From Pyrodictiaceae archaeon (GTDB taxonomy: Archaea > Thermoproteota > Thermoprotei_A > Sulfolobales > Pyrodictiaceae), in contig JALVSY010000002.1 in the NCBI GenBank assembly GCA_027036135.1, positions 1 to 12,749 on the forward strand: a stretch of DNA of 12,749 nucleotides, given 5' to 3'. The notes under the pieces were generated by a model that was not told where the DNA came from, searched no databases, and worked only from the letters and a program-made list of their open reading frames with translations. Positions 8,762 to 12,749 of the stretch are shown here, in pieces (position 1 is the first letter of the stretch; each line of letters starts with the position of its first letter). The position numbers were made by a program, and so were the translations under genes.

Positions 8762-8946
8762 ACTATCTCCGCTAGAGAAGTAGATCATATTAAAAACGAG
8801 CAATACGAGAATGATGCATGAACGGTGCATCAAGTCATCATGGGAAGCACGGGGGCGCGGCGGGGCACGGGATCAGCTACGGGGGCGTTGCTTCTAGCGA
8901 GCGCGGGCGAGCGTGTGTAGGGCTTTACAGTGACCGTAGATTATGC

Positions 8947-8954
8947 TATAAATA
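8947..8954 (+). promoter_or_regulatory. TATA box of nuclease gene
   Basis: TATAAATA ending 34 bp before ATG 8988. Confidence 0.6.
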
Positions 8955-8987
8955 GTTTTATTTTGGCAATGTATCTCGGGATGCTAT

Positions 8988-10292
8988 ATGTCTGTTGCAC
9001 CGGAGGAAAGGGCTGTAAGTAAGCTTCTCGGGCTATGCCGGGCATCGAGTAGGGATTCGGAGAAGATCGCTTCATATATTGCAATGCTGTTCCTCTATCA
9101 CGAGGAGGGTTATCCCCTAGGGGAGGAAGTGCTCTCATTCACCTATGGCTTATCGAGTATTCTAGAAGGACTAGGGTTTGGCGAGGAGACTAAGAATGTA
9201 ATAGAGGTTATACAGAGAATATTAGAGACATACATGGAGGCTATGGACGCGTTATCCCGTAGGGACTTTAAGCTACGTAATGAGCGTGCCTCAGAGATTC
9301 GTTCTAGGCTTAAGAGTTACCTGGAGAGCTGCTGCCGAGAAGCCTTAGAGAAGCATACAGAGCTATTAGCAAAGGTGCTAGAAGGCGCCGATAGTAGTCT
9401 CCGGGAGGCATTACTCAGGTTTAGGGAAGTAGTGGCAAAACATGCACAGGCAGGAGACCCGCAGACCTATGGAGCCAAGGTAACATCGAGCGATGTGTCC
9501 CCGCTTACAAAGCTCCTGGGCGATGCCTACTCAGCAGAACTCTTTAATGTTAGGGGAGGCTACGAGGCTACTAAGCTACTACAATCATTAGGTATAGGAG
9601 TTGTTTATTACTGGTCCTCTCGTAGGCACAGCTACTATACCCTCCTCATATTCCCTGCCTTCTTCTCTGACAGAATCCTATCCCTGCTAAGGAGTAGCGA
9701 GCAAGCAGCCCCGATTAGGACAGTACAAGCAGGAAGATCCGAAGCGGCTCTAGCTCCCCGACAATATAGTAGTGCGGTTAAGACTAGGGAAATTCTCGAA
9801 GGCATTGTTGCTAGCGCTCTCAGAGCCCTAGGCTTTAGCGTCAAGACTAATATAAGGATGTGGGAGAAAGGCCACTCTCGAGTAGAGGTTGATGTATGGG
9901 CGGAGAAGCCAGTAGCAGGTACTAGGTTCAAGGTATATGTATCCTGTAAGAACTGGAACCGCGACGTCGGGCTACAAGTAGTCCACGAAGAGGCTGGGCG
10001 TACACAAAGCCTACTAGACGCTCCCCATCTAAAGGTACTTATTGTCAAGTCGATGAACCCGGTAGCCAAGACAGCTGCAGAGGCAAGCGGGTTCCTAGTA
10101 ATAGAGCTCGGGGAGAAAGCAACAGAGGAAAATGCTGATGCGATCTACAGGATGGTATATGGGAAGTTGTCAGAGATATTTACTGGTCTTGCACCACCCA
10201 GACTAAGAGAAATAGCACTCGAAGTAGCCAAGACAGCTAAGTCGCTAGAAGAGATAGCACATAAGCTGGAACAGCTGGCGGAGACAGGGTAA
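8988..10292 (+). CDS. Mrr-like PD-(D/E)XK restriction endonuclease domain protein with long N-terminal region
   Basis: C-terminal 'LEGIVASALRALGFSV...EVDVWAEK...VYVSCKNWNRDVGLQVVHE' fits the Mrr_cat pattern. Confidence 0.82.
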   Translation: MSVAPEERAVSKLLGLCRASSRDSEKIASYIAMLFLYHEEGYPLGEEVLSFTYGLSSILEGLGFGEETKNVIEVIQRILETYMEAMDALSRRDFKLRNERASEIRSRLKSYLESCCREALEKHTELLAKVLEGADSSLREALLRFREVVAKHAQAGDPQTYGAKVTSSDVSPLTKLLGDAYSAELFNVRGGYEATKLLQSLGIGVVYYWSSRRHSYYTLLIFPAFFSDRILSLLRSSEQAAPIRTVQAGRSEAALAPRQYSSAVKTREILEGIVASALRALGFSVKTNIRMWEKGHSRVEVDVWAEKPVAGTRFKVYVSCKNWNRDVGLQVVHEEAGRTQSLLDAPHLKVLIVKSMNPVAKTAAEASGFLVIELGEKATEENADAIYRMVYGKLSEIFTGLAPPRLREIALEVAKTAKSLEEIAHKLEQLAETG

Positions 10293-10400
10293 AGAACCGT
10301 AAGGACTAATTAAGCAATCAGTACTTCTATATATTAGTAAGTATCGGGGTTAGTGCTTATCAACCTACCATCTATACATACACATGGAGGTGGGCAATTC

Positions 10401-10583
10401 CTGGCCAAGAGTATTGTGCTAAGGGATGATGTGTATGTGTTGCTTATGAGGGTTTGGCGGCTCTATAGGGATGCTTACAGTAGTTTTGATGACTTTGTAG
10501 AGGATCTTGTACGTACATACCTCCTACTCGATAACCGGGTTCGTAGAAAGCTCTTCGAGCTAGCCCTGCGAGACGAGGAGTAG
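10401..10583 (+). CDS. Small antitoxin-like/CopG-like DNA-binding protein (ORF track start 10353)
   Basis: 'KSIVLRDDVYVLL...SSFDDFVEDL' resembles archaeal VapB-like/ribbon-helix-helix proteins. GGAGGTG at 10386-10392 points to a start at 10401. Confidence 0.62.
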   Translation: MAKSIVLRDDVYVLLMRVWRLYRDAYSSFDDFVEDLVRTYLLLDNRVRRKLFELALRDEE

Positions 10584-10798
10584 CTATTCTCCCTCCGTGC
10601 CTAGGGGCTTCCTAAGGCTTCTCTATTCTGTGGCTAGGCTTGTTTGCCCTTATGTAATACCTGGATTCTGTGCTGATTGTCTTGTTTTCTCTTATATTTG
10701 TTGCTCCGGGGAATTTATTGTATAATTTGGAGCCACTTCTATATGTCCTCGCCATGTACTAGGTACGTGAAGATATCTAGGAGGAGGTGAAGAAGGAT

Positions 10799-10867
10799 AT
10801 GTTCTTCGGGATACCCGCAGCACTAATAGCGGCCTTATTTCCCTTCTTCCTGTTCTTCATCTGGTAA
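10799..10867 (+). CDS. 22-aa hydrophobic peptide MFFGIPAALIAALFPFFLFFIW (not in ORF track)
   Basis: Perfect archaeal SD GGAGGTGA at 10783-10790, 8 nt before ATG; T-run downstream. In-frame GTG 10787 would add MKKD. Confidence 0.65.
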   Translation: MFFGIPAALIAALFPFFLFFIW

Positions 10868-10882
10868 GAAGGGAAACGAACC

Positions 10883-10914
10883 AAAGAAAAAAGAAAAAGA
10901 CCCAATAGTTTTTT
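10883..10914. terminator. Putative oligo-T terminator region
   Basis: T6 at 10909-10914 after the peptide ORF; A-rich tract 10883-10898 reads as a T-tract on the minus strand. Confidence 0.4.
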
Positions 10915-11016
10915 ACCGATGCCTCTAACTCCCTCTCCCTATTCTCGAAAAATGGTAGCCAAGTTAGTTAAGCATTAATATCATTATGTCAATGATGAAA
11001 GGAGGGTATACCTCGC

Positions 11017-12045
11017 TTGACATATACGATTATAATTCCTTTGCTTAGTTGTTATGATTTTCGATTACATGACTTGGGCTTACCCCAGAGCACAAAGTAC
11101 GAGTATATTAGGAGGATTAGGGAGCAGTATAGGTATCTTCATCTCCGGTTCCTCGCCCCTCTTGGAATAGGGCAGCTAATAGGGTTTAAGAGAGATAAGG
11201 ATCTCGTAGCTAAGCTTCTTAAGCTACGTAGACAAAGTGAGATGAGAGGAGTTGTCCCTAACTGGGAATTCATCAATACGGTTAGTGTGCTTAGTGGCGG
11301 CGAGATCTTCTTTTCGTGGCACATCGTCCCCGGAATAAATTATGACGATGTTTATGACTTCCTAGACGAGGCTCACAGGGTTACACCAGTACCTATACAG
11401 AATTGCGTAGGGTTCGTAGAGCCTAGCGACGAGAACGTAGTAGTGCTGGGGAAAAGACTAAGATATCTACTCGAGTTATCCAAGAAGAGGATTAGCCTAC
11501 GAATGCCAGCACTAGTCTACATGATAATCGCTACGCTAGATAAGAGACCGTTTATAAAGCTCAATGAACTACAAGACCTTTTCTATGCAGCTGATGCACG
11601 GCTAATGCACGAGCTAGGAATAGATATTAATGGTGTTATCAAGCGAAAGTACGTTGAGAAGTACTACCGGGCTTTGTCCGAGCACATGGTTGTTGGCAGG
11701 GTTCATATAGCAAGGGAAAAATGCCTAACGAGACTACTAATTGTCGCTCCCCCAGAGTGTGCAACAACGATATATGGTATACTAGCTGCAAGGAGCTTAT
11801 CAACATGGATATACCATGGCGACATAGTGGTGAGCGGAACATGCACGACACCTTCAACAGATACGGCGACAATAATAACAAAGCATTGCCCGGAGGCACT
11901 AATAGTTTATAGGCTTAGGACAATGGTGTTCCCCTTCCCCTACGAGTTCTTCAACCCCCTCTATAACAAGTGGACTAGAGATTGCATGAAAACATTCTTT
12001 GACGTATTGAGAAAAATGGGTGTCGTGTTGAAGGGAAGAAGATAA
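11017..12045 (+). CDS. Hypothetical 342-aa protein, possible tandem HTH / Lrp-AsnC-like regulator
   Basis: TTG start with GGAGGG SD; HTH-like N-terminus 'LGLPQSTKYEYIRRIRE'; second HTH-like segment 'FIKLNELQD...KRKYVEKYYRAL'. The ORF is solid, the function is tentative. Confidence 0.6.
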   Translation: MTYTIIIPLLSCYDFRLHDLGLPQSTKYEYIRRIREQYRYLHLRFLAPLGIGQLIGFKRDKDLVAKLLKLRRQSEMRGVVPNWEFINTVSVLSGGEIFFSWHIVPGINYDDVYDFLDEAHRVTPVPIQNCVGFVEPSDENVVVLGKRLRYLLELSKKRISLRMPALVYMIIATLDKRPFIKLNELQDLFYAADARLMHELGIDINGVIKRKYVEKYYRALSEHMVVGRVHIAREKCLTRLLIVAPPECATTIYGILAARSLSTWIYHGDIVVSGTCTTPSTDTATIITKHCPEALIVYRLRTMVFPFPYEFFNPLYNKWTRDCMKTFFDVLRKMGVVLKGRR

Positions 12046-12046
12046 T

Positions 12047-12205
12047 TTATGCTGAATAGTCGTAGTCGATAGGCTCGCTGTCAAGTGGTAGAATCCTTAG
12101 TGTCCTTGCGACGGCTATGGCTACTACTAGCGCTATTGCTATGATTCTTAGTAGAAGGCTGTGCTTTAGTACTATCTCTATTAGTCTCCTCTGTATCTCA
12201 TTCAT
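12047..12205 (-). CDS. 52-aa secreted/membrane peptide MNEIQRRLIEIVLKHSLLLRIIAIALVVAIAVARTLRILPLDSEPIDYDYSA (not in ORF track)
   Basis: ATG at 12205, TAA at 12047-12049, ATA/CTA/GTA/AGG codons as in neighbouring genes, GCGGAG SD-like motif, TTTTTAAAAA box at 12236-12245; hydrophobic core followed by an acidic tail. Confidence 0.78.
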   Translation of the reverse strand: MNEIQRRLIEIVLKHSLLLRIIAIALVVAIAVARTLRILPLDSEPIDYDYSA

Positions 12206-12245
12206 GATGGGTCTCCGCTAGCAACGCAGGGAGGGTTTTTAAAAA

Positions 12246-12481
12246 TTGTAGCAAGAAGGCATAAAGATATATCTATATTATAATTCTATATAGCTATTCG
12301 ATTTTTGAATAAATAATCAATAAGAACACTATAGGGAGAAGACTGTAGACTAAGAAACCGCAGTAACCACAAGTATATGGGGAGTCATAACAAAGCCGCA
12401 TATTTTACTTGGATTAAAGATATCTACTAACATCGTGAGTTTCGCGTAGCTCAACCCTCGGCGGCGCCGTGCCCGAGCTGG
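12246..12481 (+). promoter_or_regulatory. Probable CRISPR leader / divergent promoter region
   Basis: Very AT-rich non-coding stretch with several TATA-like motifs before the first repeat. The last ~45 bp are GC-rich. Confidence 0.5.
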
Positions 12482-12741
12482 CTCTTAGTCTTGCTTATTT
12501 TAAACGGGGGCGCTCAGGCTCCATGGACAACAGGGTGTAGCTCTTAGTCTTGCTTATTTTAAACTGCGATAAGATAGAGGCACTAATCAAGCTAGCACTC
12601 TTAGTCTTGCTTATTTTAAACCCGTCTTGGTGGCCTTATTGGGTTGTTAAGCCCCGCTCTTAGTCTTGCTTATTTTAAACGCATACGGTATCCTAATGTG
12701 CGGTGGCCCAGTATCCCCTCTTAGTCTTGCTTATTTTAAAC
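12482..12741 (+). CRISPR. CRISPR array, 5 identical 24-bp repeats CTCTTAGTCTTGCTTATTTTAAAC, 4 complete spacers; may continue beyond the window
   Basis: Repeats at 12482, 12541, 12598, 12657, 12718; unique spacers of 35, 33, 35 and 37 bp. Orientation inferred from the TTTAAAC end (similar to TTGAAAC handles) and the AT-rich upstream region. Confidence 0.96.
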
Positions 12742-12749
12742 TATAATGG

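Larger units (their letters stand above)
99..12749. mobile_element. Putative tRNA-Ser-targeting integrative element / genomic island (right end not visible)
   Basis: tRNA followed by integrase, mosaic GC, accessory genes only, no housekeeping genes. The left boundary is assumed to be the tRNA 3' part. No duplicated tRNA end was seen, so the extent is inferred. Confidence 0.7.

Noticed and set aside
8762-8833. Hydrophobic N-terminal extension of the HTH ORF in the ORF track
   Set aside because: It overlaps the TATA box and SD that support ATG 8761.
10612-10755. 47-aa minus-strand ORF MARTYRSGSK...
   Set aside because: No SD, no recognisable features; more likely promoter/intergenic DNA.
11893-11903. 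Self-targeting by spacer 2 (GAGGCACTAAT)
   Set aside because: Only 11 of 33 nt match and the flanks diverge; compatible with chance.
525-12084. Short overlapping or antisense ORFs from the track (e.g. 525-722, 2194-2475, 2390-2656, 3315-3764, 5029-5361, 6961-7239, 9635-10069, 11899-12084)
   Set aside because: Shadow frames of longer, better-supported genes with no motifs of their own.
12347-12355. AGACTAAGA as an anti-repeat/tracrRNA
   Set aside because: Only 9 nt of complementarity; the same string occurs in coding DNA (about 10200 and 11455, Arg-Leu-Arg codons), and no class 2 effector is visible.
12504-12513. Repeat/spacer 1 junction ACGGGGGCGC matching 8849-8858
   Set aside because: 10-nt low-complexity match spanning the repeat end; not a protospacer.

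Overview
Archaeal DNA, probably a hyperthermophilic Thermoproteota/Desulfurococcales-like host (inferred from TATA boxes, GGAGGTG Shine-Dalgarno (SD) motifs, AGG/ATA/CTA codon use and a GC-rich tRNA). The window looks like the left part of an integrative mobile element at tRNA-Ser(GGA). In order: tRNA, intact HTH-tyrosine integrase, a high-GC reverse-strand module ending in a membrane-anchored transglutaminase-like protein, a 1016-aa XPD/DinG-like helicase with altered Walker motifs, two winged-helix genes, an Mrr-like nuclease, a small antitoxin-like gene, a 342-aa putative regulator flanked by two peptide ORFs missing from the ORF track (22 aa and 52 aa), and a CRISPR array (24-bp repeat, 5 copies) reaching the window edge. 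No cas gene and no second att site are visible. Best leads: the regulator/peptide cassette as a possible peptide-signalling module, and the cas-less array alongside a degenerate DinG-like helicase. All protein calls come from motif reading by eye, not database searches.
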